Below, in pieces: positions 1 to 9,457 of a stretch of DNA of 55,744 bases (its first letter is position 1; the number at the start of each line of letters is the position of its first letter). The notes beneath the pieces are model-generated. The model was given only the letters and a program-made list of their open reading frames with translations, was not told where the DNA came from and made no database searches. Both the position numbers and the translations under genes were made by a program. Origin of the DNA: Actinobacteria bacterium UBA7524 (lineage in GTDB: Bacteria > Actinomycetota > Coriobacteriia > Anaerosomatales > UBA912); assembly GCA_002478275.1 (NCBI GenBank), contig DLMY01000007.1:1-55744 (forward strand), given 5' to 3'.

Positions 1-700
1 GTACCGGGGGTGTCGCGTACTGGGCTGGCGCGGCTGCGGGAGCCGTCCCGCCGTAGGCCGCCGTGGCCCACTGGCCGAAGATGTGTGCCGCCATCATGTA
101 GGTCGGGAAGTACACCCAAGGCAGCAGTATCGATCCGACGCCGGTCGCCGACAGCACACTGACCACCATGCCGGCGGCGAAGCTGATGACCAGACTCATG
201 GCCCATGCCATGAAGTAGCCGGTGCCTGACTTGATGCGCGCCATGATGTCGCTGAACGCGAACATCGCGCCGAACCTGCCGGTCATGGCGTAGTTGACCA
301 TACCCGCGGAGGCGAAGATCGAGACGACGATGACCCAGATTGTGGCTATTCCGCCGAACAGACACATCGTGCCTATTCCCGCTGCAGCAGCAGCATCGCC
401 ACCGTTCGTGGCGGCAGCAAAGATCAGGGGGATGAAGCTGACCGAGAACAGGATGATCGCGGGGAGCATGTATATACCCATGCCCAGGTAGAGCAGGAAG
501 CCACGAACCCACTTGCCACCGAAATCGCTCCAGTCAGGCAGCAGCTCGTTCCCTGATGCCACCGACCGGATGTAGTCCATCTGGGCCCCTCCGATGGCAG
601 GCGCGGTCACTCCGAGCAGGCCCCAGAGCCCGCCGAGCCCCACTTTGGGTAGCCATTGAGGGTCCTTGAAGGGGGCCCCGAACGCCCTTCCGATATCCAT
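1..700 (-). CDS. DUF4013-family membrane protein (runs off the window start)
   Basis: Not in the ORF track; translated by hand from ATG at 700 with AAAGGAG upstream: MDIGRAFGAPFKDPQWLPKVGLGGLWG...LPDWSDFGGKWVRGF..., followed by several hydrophobic segments. The PFxD..W and LPxW motifs fit DUF4013. Confidence 0.75.
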   Translation of the reverse strand, partial: MDIGRAFGAPFKDPQWLPKVGLGGLWGLLGVTAPAIGGAQMDYIRSVASGNELLPDWSDFGGKWVRGFLLYLGMGIYMLPAIILFSVSFIPLIFAAATNGGDAAAAAGIGTMCLFGGIATIWVIVVSIFASAGMVNYAMTGRFGAMFAFSDIMARIKSGTGYFMAWAMSLVISFAAGMVVSVLSATGVGSILLPWVYFPTYMMAAHIFGQWATAAYGGTAPAAAPAQYATPPV

Positions 701-804
701 ACATGCTCCTTTCGGCCGCCCGATCGGTCATCACTGCGACATCACCCGGGGATGCTGCCGGCAGTCTCTCGTCCCATTTATTTCCGCGAAGCGCCATTCA
801 TATC

Positions 805-829
805 ATATGCGAGAATGATTCATGCATAT
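805..829. promoter_or_regulatory. AT-rich inverted repeat, candidate operator in a divergent promoter region
   Basis: ATATGC-ga-GAAT-g-ATTC-at-GCATAT lies between the divergent DUF4013 and pgeF starts. Confidence 0.45.
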
Positions 830-851
830 TCGTCCACGGAGAGGTTCGTTG

Positions 852-1682
852 GTGAGGCCGAGACCGTTGCTGGTGAGGTGCGTGTGCGCGGACGGCCTCG
901 CTTACAGCACAGATGAGGACCTGTTCGCCAGGTCGGGTATACGCATCGCATTCACGGAGCGCTCAGGCGGTGTCAGTGACCCACCTTGTGATTCTCTGAA
1001 TCTCGCGACGCACGTGGGGGACGATCCAGGCGTGGTCGACGAGAACAGGAAGATCCTGCTTCGTACGCTCGGGTTGGGGGAGCTTGCCGATTCTCTCGTC
1101 ACGGCCTCGCAGGTCCATGGAGCGGCTGTTGCGTTCGTGGGTCCATCCGACGCCGGCCGGGGAGCGCGCGCTGGTGGGGCATCGCAGCCGCTGGCCGATA
1201 TCGACGCTATCGTGACATCGTCACCCGAGATCCCTCTGCTCATGGTGTACGCGGATTGTGTGCCAGTGATCTTGATCGCCGAGGAGCCCCTGCCGGTGAT
1301 AGCGGTGATACACGCGGGCTGGCGTGGTGTGCTTGCCGGAGTCCACACCTCGGCCCTCGACCAGGTGTGTCTGAGGGCAGGCTGCACGCCCGGAGGGGTC
1401 AGCGTCTACATCGGCCCCCATATCGGTCCTTGCTGCTACACGGTCGGTGACGAGATCATTTCGCATTTCTGCAACACATTTGGTACTATCGCCGCGGTCG
1501 AAGGTCGTCTCGATCTGGGTCGGACAGTCGCTGAGTCTCTCGTACGACAGGGCGTCTCAGCAAAGTACGTAGCCGATTCGGACGAGTGCACCTTCGATCA
1601 TGCTGACCGGTTCTTCTCGTACCGGGCCAGCCGTGTCACCGGTCGACACGGCGCGCTCGCTGTGATCACGAAGGTCGAGTAG
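852..1682 (+). CDS. pgeF: PgeF/YfiH laccase-domain protein (peptidoglycan editing factor / purine nucleoside phosphorylase)
   Basis: Motifs SLNLATHVGD, QVHG, ADCVP, HAGWRG, IGPHIGPCCY and FFSYR. GTG at 852 follows GGAGAGG. Confidence 0.9.
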   Translation: MRPRPLLVRCVCADGLAYSTDEDLFARSGIRIAFTERSGGVSDPPCDSLNLATHVGDDPGVVDENRKILLRTLGLGELADSLVTASQVHGAAVAFVGPSDAGRGARAGGASQPLADIDAIVTSSPEIPLLMVYADCVPVILIAEEPLPVIAVIHAGWRGVLAGVHTSALDQVCLRAGCTPGGVSVYIGPHIGPCCYTVGDEIISHFCNTFGTIAAVEGRLDLGRTVAESLVRQGVSAKYVADSDECTFDHADRFFSYRASRVTGRHGALAVITKVE

Positions 1683-2558
1683 ATGACTCACCGGCTCGTC
1701 CGGACGCGAACAACGGCAGGCTCTCCACTCCCGCGCGCCACACGGCTTGGGCTTGCTCTGGCATTGTCACTGTCATGCGTGGCCATCGCCGGATGTCAGG
1801 CTGCCGAGCACGACAATGAGATCACCGTGACCGGCTCGACGACGATCATGCCGATCGCCGAGATCGCGGCGGAGCATTTCATGGACGTGAAACCGGACAC
1901 GAAAGTCCTCGTATCAGGACTTGGCTCCTCGGCGGGTATAGAGACGGTGGCTAACGGCTCCTCTGACGTAGGTACGTCCTCTCGCGACCTGAAGCCCTCG
2001 GAACAGGACCTTCGTCTCTACGACACCCCGATAGCCATCGACGCCATTGCCGTGATCGTGAATCGGGACAACCCGGTGGACGCGCTGACGATGGACCAGG
2101 TGCGTGCGATCTTCGAAGGCCGTATCGAGAACTGGAGTGAGGTCGGCGGCGAGGACCGTCACATCGGGTTGGTGAACCGTGATGAGGCGAGTGGCACCCG
2201 GGAAGCCTTCTCCAAGATCGTGATGCAGGAGGCCCGGTTCGATCGCTCTGCAGCCGTACTGCCAGGCACCGGACAGGTGCGTTCGGTGGTGGCTGAAGCG
2301 CCCGGTGCGATCGGCTACATCTCACTGGGCTTCGTCAACGACGAAGTCAAGGCGCTCAGTATCGACGGTATCGAGGCGACTCCCGAGAGCGTTGTCGATG
2401 GCTCGTATCCTGTTCAGCGAATCCTGCATTTCTTCACGCGCGGTGAACCTGAGGGCCTTGCCGCACGCTATATCGCCTATGTGCTCTCGGACGAGATCCA
2501 GCAGACGGTCGTCAGGGACGCCGGCTTCCTGCCCATGCGCGGAGGGGTGGTCCGGTGA
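1683..2558 (+). CDS. pstS: phosphate ABC transporter substrate-binding lipoprotein
   Basis: Lipobox IAGC; motifs GSTT, GSSAG, SSR and RDEASGTR; first gene of pstSCAB. Confidence 0.92.
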   Translation: MTHRLVRTRTTAGSPLPRATRLGLALALSLSCVAIAGCQAAEHDNEITVTGSTTIMPIAEIAAEHFMDVKPDTKVLVSGLGSSAGIETVANGSSDVGTSSRDLKPSEQDLRLYDTPIAIDAIAVIVNRDNPVDALTMDQVRAIFEGRIENWSEVGGEDRHIGLVNRDEASGTREAFSKIVMQEARFDRSAAVLPGTGQVRSVVAEAPGAIGYISLGFVNDEVKALSIDGIEATPESVVDGSYPVQRILHFFTRGEPEGLAARYIAYVLSDEIQQTVVRDAGFLPMRGGVVR

Positions 2559-3523
2559 CCCGTTCTGCCGAGGACAGCCAGGCGTCCATGCCTGACTCCG
2601 CCGATCCTGTCAGCATGACGTCCGGGGAGCAGGGTTCCCTGCGTTTGGTCTCACGAGCGACCCACATCAAGGAACTTGCGCTGAAGAATCTCTTCTTGCT
2701 GTGTGCGTTCGTCGCTGTGATGGGCGTGGTGCTCATCTTCGCGTTCGTCGGCTTGCGCGGCTGGCCGATCTTCGCAGAGGTCGGCCCTATCGCGTTCCTC
2801 GGCGGTGCCGACTGGAGCCCGACCGTGGGCCAGTACGGAATCTGGCCGCTGATATACGGGTCGCTGGTGGTGATGTCAGGCGCATTGGTCATCGGTACGC
2901 CTCTCGCGGTGGGGACGGCCATCTTCCTGTCAGAGATCGCGACCCCGAGGGTCCGGGGTATCGTCCGGCCCGCGGTCGAGTTGCTCGCGGGGATCCCCTC
3001 GGTCATCTACGGATTCTTCGGACTGTTGATCCTCCGGCCCATCGTCGCTCGCTTGAGCGACGGGCTCGGGTTCGGGGCGGTCACCGGATGGTTGATCCTG
3101 GCCATCATGATCGTGCCCACCATCGCGACGCTGTCCGAGGACGCGCTGCGGTCCATACCTGACGGGATCCGCGAGGCCAGCTATGCGATGGGTGCGACGA
3201 CATGGCAGACCATCTACCGTGTCCTTGTGCCTGCCGCCAAGATAGGCATCATCGATGCGATCATACTTGGCATGGGCCGGGCGATCGGCGAGACCATGGC
3301 CGTGCTGATGGTCGTGGGTAACGCTCCTCACATACCCGACAGCGTGACCGAGCCTATCGCGACGCTCACCACACAGATCGTGATGGACATGCCGTACGCT
3401 GCCGGGATGCATCGCACGGCGCTGTTTGGCATGGCGATCATCCTGTTCGGTGTGTCCATGGGTCTCGTCGCTCTCGTAAGACTCCTGTCCAAGCTGCAGA
3501 GTTCGATGGATGCGGGCAGATGA
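2555..3523 (+). CDS. pstC: phosphate ABC transporter permease PstC
   Basis: ELLAGIPSVIYGFFG, EASYAMGAT and GRAIGETMAV; GTGA overlap with pstS. Confidence 0.93.
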   Translation: MTRSAEDSQASMPDSADPVSMTSGEQGSLRLVSRATHIKELALKNLFLLCAFVAVMGVVLIFAFVGLRGWPIFAEVGPIAFLGGADWSPTVGQYGIWPLIYGSLVVMSGALVIGTPLAVGTAIFLSEIATPRVRGIVRPAVELLAGIPSVIYGFFGLLILRPIVARLSDGLGFGAVTGWLILAIMIVPTIATLSEDALRSIPDGIREASYAMGATTWQTIYRVLVPAAKIGIIDAIILGMGRAIGETMAVLMVVGNAPHIPDSVTEPIATLTTQIVMDMPYAAGMHRTALFGMAIILFGVSMGLVALVRLLSKLQSSMDAGR

Positions 3524-4347
3524 ACAAGAGTGTGACCAACATCATCGCGCTTTCGATCCTATGGCTGGCGGCGGGTATCACGGTCGTGGTCCTGTTCGCT
3601 GTCATCTCATACGTGTTCGTCAACGGCATCTCTCAGATATCGCCGGCGTTCATCTTCACCTGGCCGCATGGTGTCAACGCTGAGGGCGGGGTCTGGCCCA
3701 CCATCGTCTCGACGATGTACGTGACGGTCCTTGCCATGCTCATCGTCGCACCGATCGCCGTGCTTGCAGCGGTGTACCTCGCGGAGTACGCTGTTCAGGG
3801 CCGCCTGGTGGGGATGATCCGGTTCGCCGCCGATTCGCTCGCGAGCGTTCCGTCTATCGTCATGGGGTTGTTCGGACTTGCTCTGTTCGTCGAGGCGGCC
3901 GGATTGCGCTTCTCGATGCTCTCGGCCGCGCTGGCGCTGTCATTCCTCATGTTGCCCATCGTCATGAGGGCGACCGAGGAGGCCATTCGAGCCGTACCGA
4001 AGTACATCAGGTGGGGGTCGTACGGTCTGGGAGCCACGAAGTGGCAGACGGTGAGCAGGATCGTCATCCCTGCAGCGATGCCGAGGATCATCACCGGTAT
4101 CATCCTTGCCACTGGCCGTGCGGTCGGAGAGACCGCCGTCGTGATATACACCATGGGACAGGCGATCAATCTGCCGATCACACCGCTGGATTCCGGTCGG
4201 CCGATGACGGTGCACCTCTATGTGCTGGCGATGGAAGGCATCAACCTGCCGGCGGCTTACGGGACCGCACTGTTGCTGATGGTCCTGATACTAGGGTTCA
4301 ATCTCGGTGCGCGGTACTTCCTGCGCAGGGCTTCCAAGAGGATGTGA
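3520..4347 (+). CDS. pstA: phosphate ABC transporter permease PstA
   Basis: YLAEY, LASVPSIVMGLFG, LGATKWQ and GRAVGETA; ATGA overlap. Confidence 0.93.
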   Translation: MNKSVTNIIALSILWLAAGITVVVLFAVISYVFVNGISQISPAFIFTWPHGVNAEGGVWPTIVSTMYVTVLAMLIVAPIAVLAAVYLAEYAVQGRLVGMIRFAADSLASVPSIVMGLFGLALFVEAAGLRFSMLSAALALSFLMLPIVMRATEEAIRAVPKYIRWGSYGLGATKWQTVSRIVIPAAMPRIITGIILATGRAVGETAVVIYTMGQAINLPITPLDSGRPMTVHLYVLAMEGINLPAAYGTALLLMVLILGFNLGARYFLRRASKRM

Positions 4348-4350
4348 CGA

Positions 4351-5169
4351 ATGTCCACTGACACGTTCAGCCATCTTTCGCAAGCGGCGGATGAGCGGCC
4401 CGACAAGATCACCGTGAAGGACCTTTCCTTCCATTACGGCGACTTCCAGGCTCTGACCGACATCAACGTCGGGATCAGCTCCAAGGCCGTCACTGCGTTC
4501 ATCGGGCCCTCGGGGTGCGGCAAGTCGACGTTCCTCAGATGCTTCAATAGGATGAACGACCTGATCCCGGGTACCCGCGTCGACGGTCTGGTGACGCTGG
4601 ATGATCAGGACATCTACGCACCCGGGGTCGACCCGGTGGACCTGCGACGACGCGTGGGGATGATCTTCCAGCAGCCCAACCCGTTCCCGATGTCGATATA
4701 CGACAACGTGGCCTATGGGCCCAGGCTACACGGAGTGAAGCGCAAGGCCGAGCTCGACGAGATCGTCGAACGTTCCCTGGAACGCGCGAACCTGTGGAAA
4801 GAGGTCAAGGATATCCTCGGCCGAAACGGGTTGTCGCTATCGGGAGGGCAGCAGCAGCGACTGTGTATCGCGCGTGTGCTGGCGGTCGAGCCGGAAGTGA
4901 TGTTGATGGATGAGCCTTGTTCGGCGATCGACCCGACAAGCGTGCAGAAGATCGAAGACCTGATGGCTGAGCTCACCGACCGCATCACCATCATCATCGT
5001 CACGCACAACATGCAGCAGGCGGCCCGTGTCAGCGAGTACACCGCGTTCTTCCTGCAGGAAGTCGCTGGCGAGCCGGCGGTGCTCGTGGAGTTCGACCGG
5101 ACGACCAACATCTTCACGAGCCCCAAGGACCGCCGTACAGAGGACTACATCACCGGCCGTTTCGGCTAG
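4351..5169 (+). CDS. pstB: phosphate ABC transporter ATP-binding protein
   Basis: [26 protein letters not shown] and C-terminal YITGRFG. Confidence 0.96.
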   Translation: MSTDTFSHLSQAADERPDKITVKDLSFHYGDFQALTDINVGISSKAVTAFIGPSGCGKSTFLRCFNRMNDLIPGTRVDGLVTLDDQDIYAPGVDPVDLRRRVGMIFQQPNPFPMSIYDNVAYGPRLHGVKRKAELDEIVERSLERANLWKEVKDILGRNGLSLSGGQQQRLCIARVLAVEPEVMLMDEPCSAIDPTSVQKIEDLMAELTDRITIIIVTHNMQQAARVSEYTAFFLQEVAGEPAVLVEFDRTTNIFTSPKDRRTEDYITGRFG

Positions 5170-5182
5170 GCGCGCACCGGAC

Positions 5183-5232
5183 TGTAAAACGTTGGTGAAA
5201 CGCCGGTCCTGCGTATCACCGGCGCGTATAAT
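5183..5232 (+). promoter_or_regulatory. phoU promoter region: TATAAT -10 box with upstream 11-bp-spaced repeats
   Basis: TATAAT at 5227-5232; TGTAAAAC (5183) and GGTGAAAC (5194) are 11 bp apart. Confidence 0.45.
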
Positions 5233-5273
5233 GTGGACAGGTTACGAGTTGTTTTCCGCGAAGGAGTGCGCGT

Positions 5274-5936
5274 ATGCGCGAGGGATTCAGGCAGGAACTC
5301 AAGAATCTGAGGGCCGAGGTACACGACATCTCTCTGGGTGTCGCCGAGATGACTCGCAAGGCGGTCGCGTCTCTGGTCGAGGGAGACGTCGATGCCGCCC
5401 AGCAGGTCATCGACCAGGACTCGGAGTTCGACCGTAGGTGTTTGGGTGTGGAGGAGCACGCCATCGAGGTCATCGCGACGCAGTTCCCGGTCGCACGCGA
5501 CCTGAGGCTGCTCTACTCGCTGACCTACATCGCTCTGCACCTTGAGCGCATGGCCGATCTCGCGGTCAACATCGCGAAGGCGACCAAGCGTACCGCAGGC
5601 AGACGCGGCCCACAGACGTTGTACGATCTCATCCAGGCCCAGGGCAACCTCGTCTACCGCGTGCTCGACGCCACGAGTGAGGCGTTCGCCAAGAGCGACC
5701 TCGAGCTCGCGCGCAAGCTCGAGGACCTTGACGAGCCTATCGACCATCTTTACAAGCAGTTCTTCAGGGAGCTTGGCCGTCTGCATGATGAGGACGACAT
5801 CGAGTGGGCGTCCTCGATGGTGCTTGCGGCCCGCTACCTGGAGCGTATCGCCGATAACGCTGTCGACATCGGGGAGCGCATCGCATACCTTGTGACCGGA
5901 GAGTTCGACGGCGCGGGAGCGCAGGACGAGGAGTAG
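5274..5936 (+). CDS. phoU: phosphate signalling protein PhoU
   Basis: Two PhoU repeats (PVARDLR...LERMADLA; LERIADNA); AAGGAG RBS; follows pstB. Confidence 0.95.
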   Translation: MREGFRQELKNLRAEVHDISLGVAEMTRKAVASLVEGDVDAAQQVIDQDSEFDRRCLGVEEHAIEVIATQFPVARDLRLLYSLTYIALHLERMADLAVNIAKATKRTAGRRGPQTLYDLIQAQGNLVYRVLDATSEAFAKSDLELARKLEDLDEPIDHLYKQFFRELGRLHDEDDIEWASSMVLAARYLERIADNAVDIGERIAYLVTGEFDGAGAQDEE

Positions 5937-5946
5937 CCGGTCACAG

Positions 5947-6624
5947 TTGAGCGCTATCGCTCAGAGATACGAATCCGTGCGGCGTCAGGTCGAAGACGCC
6001 GCGGATTGCGCCGGACGGAAGGGCGGCGATGTCACGATCGTCGCCGTGACCAAGCATGTCGGTATCCCCGAGATCCGAAACGCCCTTGCCGCAGGCATCA
6101 GGGACTTCGGTGAGAACAGGGTCCAGGAGTTCCTCGGCAAGTGGGGGCTGTTCCCGGAGGCGCGTTGGCACTTCATCGGGACACTGCAGAGCAACAAGGT
6201 CAAGGACGTCGTCGGCAAGGCCTGCCTGATCCATTCGATAGACTCCGTCCGTCTGCTTGAATTCGTCGACCGCAAGGCGGCTGAGATCGGTGTTCTCCAG
6301 CAGGTCTTGCTGCAGGTCAACATCTCTCACGAGGCGAGCAAGCACGGGATGCACCCCGACGATGTGCGTGAAGCGCTCCTGGCTGCCGAGCGGATGGATC
6401 ACGTCCAGGTACGAGGTCTGATGACGATGGCGCCGCTCGGTCGCGCCGAGGACTCGAGATGGGTCTTCCACGATCTGCGCGAGCTGCGTGATTCACTCTG
6501 CGCGATGCCCTCTAATGGGGTAGAGTTAGATGAATTGTCGATGGGTATGACCAACGACTATCGTGTCGCGGTCGAAGAGGGCTCCACCATCGTGCGGATC
6601 GGGAGAGCGATCTTCGGCAAGTAG
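5947..6624 (+). CDS. yggS: PLP homeostasis protein, YggS/PROSC family
   Basis: [31 protein letters not shown] and VRIGRAIF. Confidence 0.95.
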   Translation: MSAIAQRYESVRRQVEDAADCAGRKGGDVTIVAVTKHVGIPEIRNALAAGIRDFGENRVQEFLGKWGLFPEARWHFIGTLQSNKVKDVVGKACLIHSIDSVRLLEFVDRKAAEIGVLQQVLLQVNISHEASKHGMHPDDVREALLAAERMDHVQVRGLMTMAPLGRAEDSRWVFHDLRELRDSLCAMPSNGVELDELSMGMTNDYRVAVEEGSTIVRIGRAIFGK

Positions 6625-6651
6625 CCGTACCTGAGTGGCCGAGGAGACAAC

Positions 6652-7218
6652 GTGGGCTTGTGGGACGACATCAGATCAAGACTCGGGCTCGGAGATGACT
6701 GGGACGACGAGTACGAGGACGAGTACATCGAAGACGAGCCTGACGACGAGGATCTGGCCGCCGGGTCCTCGCGTGCGGCGTATGAGTCGCCTTACGGAGG
6801 ACGCTCCACCGCGGTGCGCCGGCTGGAGAGAGAGCCCGATGTCGATCGTACGCGTGATATCGAGCGCTCGCGCGACCGCGATAGAGAACACCTGAGGTCC
6901 GTCCCGTCTGGGGCCGCACCGGGAGCGGTGGCGCCGCAGGTGAAGATGCACATCGTCGAGCCCAAGAGCTTCACCGAGGTACAGGGCATCGCCGACCGTT
7001 TCAAGCAGGGCACTCCCGTGATCATGAACATGTCGATGACCTCACCGGACCTCGCCAAGCGCCTCATCGATTTCGCCAGTGGTCTGACCTACGGTCTGGA
7101 CGGCGGGTTGCAGAAGGTCTCGGACAGGGTGTTCATGCTCACTCCGGCGAACGTTGACGTATCTGCGGGAGATATGCGGCGTTTGCGTGACAAGGGCCTG
7201 TTCGGCCTCGACGGGTGA
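6652..7218 (+). CDS. sepF: cell division protein SepF
   Basis: Acidic N-terminal linker; C-terminal [16 protein letters not shown]; follows yggS. Confidence 0.93.
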   Translation: MGLWDDIRSRLGLGDDWDDEYEDEYIEDEPDDEDLAAGSSRAAYESPYGGRSTAVRRLEREPDVDRTRDIERSRDRDREHLRSVPSGAAPGAVAPQVKMHIVEPKSFTEVQGIADRFKQGTPVIMNMSMTSPDLAKRLIDFASGLTYGLDGGLQKVSDRVFMLTPANVDVSAGDMRRLRDKGLFGLDG

Positions 7219-8048
7219 TCGCGGTGACACGCGGGGATCTCCGGGCGGCCGGGAGTATCGGCATCGTAGGTGGCGGGCGCATGGGCGAGGCCATCGCTGC
7301 AGGCCTGATCGGTGCCGACGCACTGGATGCGACGTCCATAGTCGTGGCGGAGCCTTCGGCCCAACGCCGCGCGACGCTTGAGTCGTCCTACGGGCTGAGG
7401 TGCGTCGGGCACGGGCGTGACGCTGTCGAGGGCGCAGGGACCGTCATACTGGCGGTGAAGCCTCAAGTGATCGATGAAGTCGTGGCTGAGCTGGCGGAAT
7501 CGCTCTCCGGAACCCTGGTGGTCTCGATCGCGGCCGGCATCACGACCGGACGTCTGGAGTCGATGATGCCGCCGGGTACAGCGGTCGTTCGTGTCATGCC
7601 GAACACCCCTGCGATGATCGGGCAGGGTATGAGCGTGGTCAGTGGAGGCACTGAGGCCAGTACCGAGCAGGTCGAATTCGTCCGTGAGCTATTCGCGACA
7701 CTCGGTGAAGCCGTCGTGTTGCCCGAACGATATCAGGACGCCGCGGCCGCGGTGTCAGGGTGTGGTCCCGCCTATATGGCCATCGTCGTCGACGCGCTCG
7801 CGCGAGCAGGGGTGAGGCACGGGCTGACCCGGGAGATCGCGCAGATGCTGGCGACACAGACGATGAAGGGCACGGCCGAACTCCTGATGGAGACCGGGAT
7901 GCATCCCGAGGAGCTCGTCGACGGGGTCACCAGTCCTGGAGGCACCACTATCGCAGCGGTTGAGCGACTCGAGGCCCTGGGCCTGCGAAGAGCCTTGGCC
8001 GAGGCCGTAGCAGCTGCCGTGGATCGCTCGAAGGAGCTGGGTTCGTGA
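7215..8048 (+). CDS. proC: pyrroline-5-carboxylate reductase
   Basis: GGGRMG, LAVKPQ, RVMPNTP, SGCGPAY and VTSPGGTT. Confidence 0.95.
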   Translation: MIAVTRGDLRAAGSIGIVGGGRMGEAIAAGLIGADALDATSIVVAEPSAQRRATLESSYGLRCVGHGRDAVEGAGTVILAVKPQVIDEVVAELAESLSGTLVVSIAAGITTGRLESMMPPGTAVVRVMPNTPAMIGQGMSVVSGGTEASTEQVEFVRELFATLGEAVVLPERYQDAAAAVSGCGPAYMAIVVDALARAGVRHGLTREIAQMLATQTMKGTAELLMETGMHPEELVDGVTSPGGTTIAAVERLEALGLRRALAEAVAAAVDRSKELGS

Positions 8049-8317
8049 TATCCGTTTCGGTGATCGTCGATCGTGCGATCAACTTCTACCAGCTGCTGAT
8101 CATCGCCTATGTGTTGCTGTCATGGCTGCCCGCTTCGGGTACTGTGTGGGAGATACGGAAGACGCTCGGCACGGTCGTCGAGCCATACGTCGGACTGTTT
8201 CGGCGTATCATCCCACCGATAGGGATGATAGACATAACGCCCATAGTGGCTATCCTGTTACTCTCATGGGTGGTAAGGCCGCTGTTGGTCGGCATCTTGA
8301 GGTCCGCGGGGCTGTAG
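8045..8317 (+). CDS. yggT: YggT/YlmG family membrane protein
   Basis: LLSW...VEPY...RRIIPPIGMIDITPI; position in the cluster. Confidence 0.9.
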   Translation: MISVSVIVDRAINFYQLLIIAYVLLSWLPASGTVWEIRKTLGTVVEPYVGLFRRIIPPIGMIDITPIVAILLLSWVVRPLLVGILRSAGL

Positions 8318-8332
8318 GAAGGGTTCGGCAAG

Positions 8333-9142
8333 ATGAAACTCACACCGCTCGATATCCACCATAAGGAATTCCGGCACTCGCTTCGCGGGTACAACGAGGA
8401 AGAGGTCGATGCCTTCCTCGACGAAGTCGCCGATGAGTTCGAGCGCTTGTTCAAAGAGAACATCGATCTGTCTGAGAAACTCGACACCGCACGTGAGCAG
8501 GTCCGCGGCTACGAGGCACAGAAGGAGACTCTCCACAACACGATGGTGGCTGCGCAGCGTTCTGCGGAAGACATCGTGACCAAGGCGCGGGAAGAGGCGG
8601 GCTCGCTACTGAAAGACGCCGAGGTCAAGGCGAAGGAGATCATCCACAACGCGCTGACGCAGAAGCAGAAGGTCGCTGGTGAACTCGTTCGGATCAAACA
8701 GGCCGAAGAGGATTTCCGCGCCAGGTTCAAGAAGATGCTCGAAGATCACGTCAAGAGCGTGGCCGAGATCGATCTTCCGAAAGACGTGACTGTCCTGATG
8801 GGTGAGACCGAAGAGGGAATGGTCGCTGACGTCGAGGTGGCGGCACAGCAGGCACGCGATGCGGTTCAGTCCCAGCCCGTCACCGCACCGGCGGACATGG
8901 GCACGAAGGTTCCGGCCCCACAACCTGCCCAGCCGGGAGGTCGGCAAAGCGTGGCAGCTTCGCAGGGAGCGACCGAGCCTCCCGCTTCAGGGTTCGTCCA
9001 GGGAGTCTCACTCGGTGAGGTCGACGGTCCGGATCTTGCGGCCGAGGTACCGGATTTCGGTCGTCCGAAGGAGTTCGACCTGACCCAGCTCGATGCGTTC
9101 GGCGAGCGCGAGGACGACATGGACATCGAGGAGATCGACTAG
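8333..9142 (+). CDS. divIVA: DivIVA domain protein
   Basis: LTPLDIHHKEF...RGYNEEEVDAFLD, a coiled coil and a low-complexity acidic tail. Confidence 0.93.
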   Translation: MKLTPLDIHHKEFRHSLRGYNEEEVDAFLDEVADEFERLFKENIDLSEKLDTAREQVRGYEAQKETLHNTMVAAQRSAEDIVTKAREEAGSLLKDAEVKAKEIIHNALTQKQKVAGELVRIKQAEEDFRARFKKMLEDHVKSVAEIDLPKDVTVLMGETEEGMVADVEVAAQQARDAVQSQPVTAPADMGTKVPAPQPAQPGGRQSVAASQGATEPPASGFVQGVSLGEVDGPDLAAEVPDFGRPKEFDLTQLDAFGEREDDMDIEEID

Positions 9143-9155
9143 GACGAGGTCGCTG

Positions 9156-9428
9156 GTGGCGGTCCGGCTGCGCGTTCATGTCACCCCAAGGTCTGGCCGC
9201 GATATCGTCTCGGGATGGCGCGGAGATGAACTCGCGATCAGGGTCACCGTCCCACCCGAGGGCGGCAAGGCCAATGCCGCGGTGTGCGCACTCATCGCTC
9301 GCGAGCTTGGGATCCCGAAGTCATCCGTCGATGTGGTGGTGGGTACCGGTTCACGCCACAAGCAGATCGCCATCGAGGGTGTGACCCAGGCGAGAATCAC
9401 CGATGCGTTCGGAGAACCCGGCGTCTGA
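9156..9428 (+). CDS. DUF167 (YggU) family protein
   Basis: VHVTPRS...PPEGGKANAA...GTGSRHK; GTG at 9156 follows GAGG. Confidence 0.85.
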   Translation: MAVRLRVHVTPRSGRDIVSGWRGDELAIRVTVPPEGGKANAAVCALIARELGIPKSSVDVVVGTGSRHKQIAIEGVTQARITDAFGEPGV

Positions 9429-9457
9429 AACGCATCTTCGGCGACCTCTCTTCGGCC

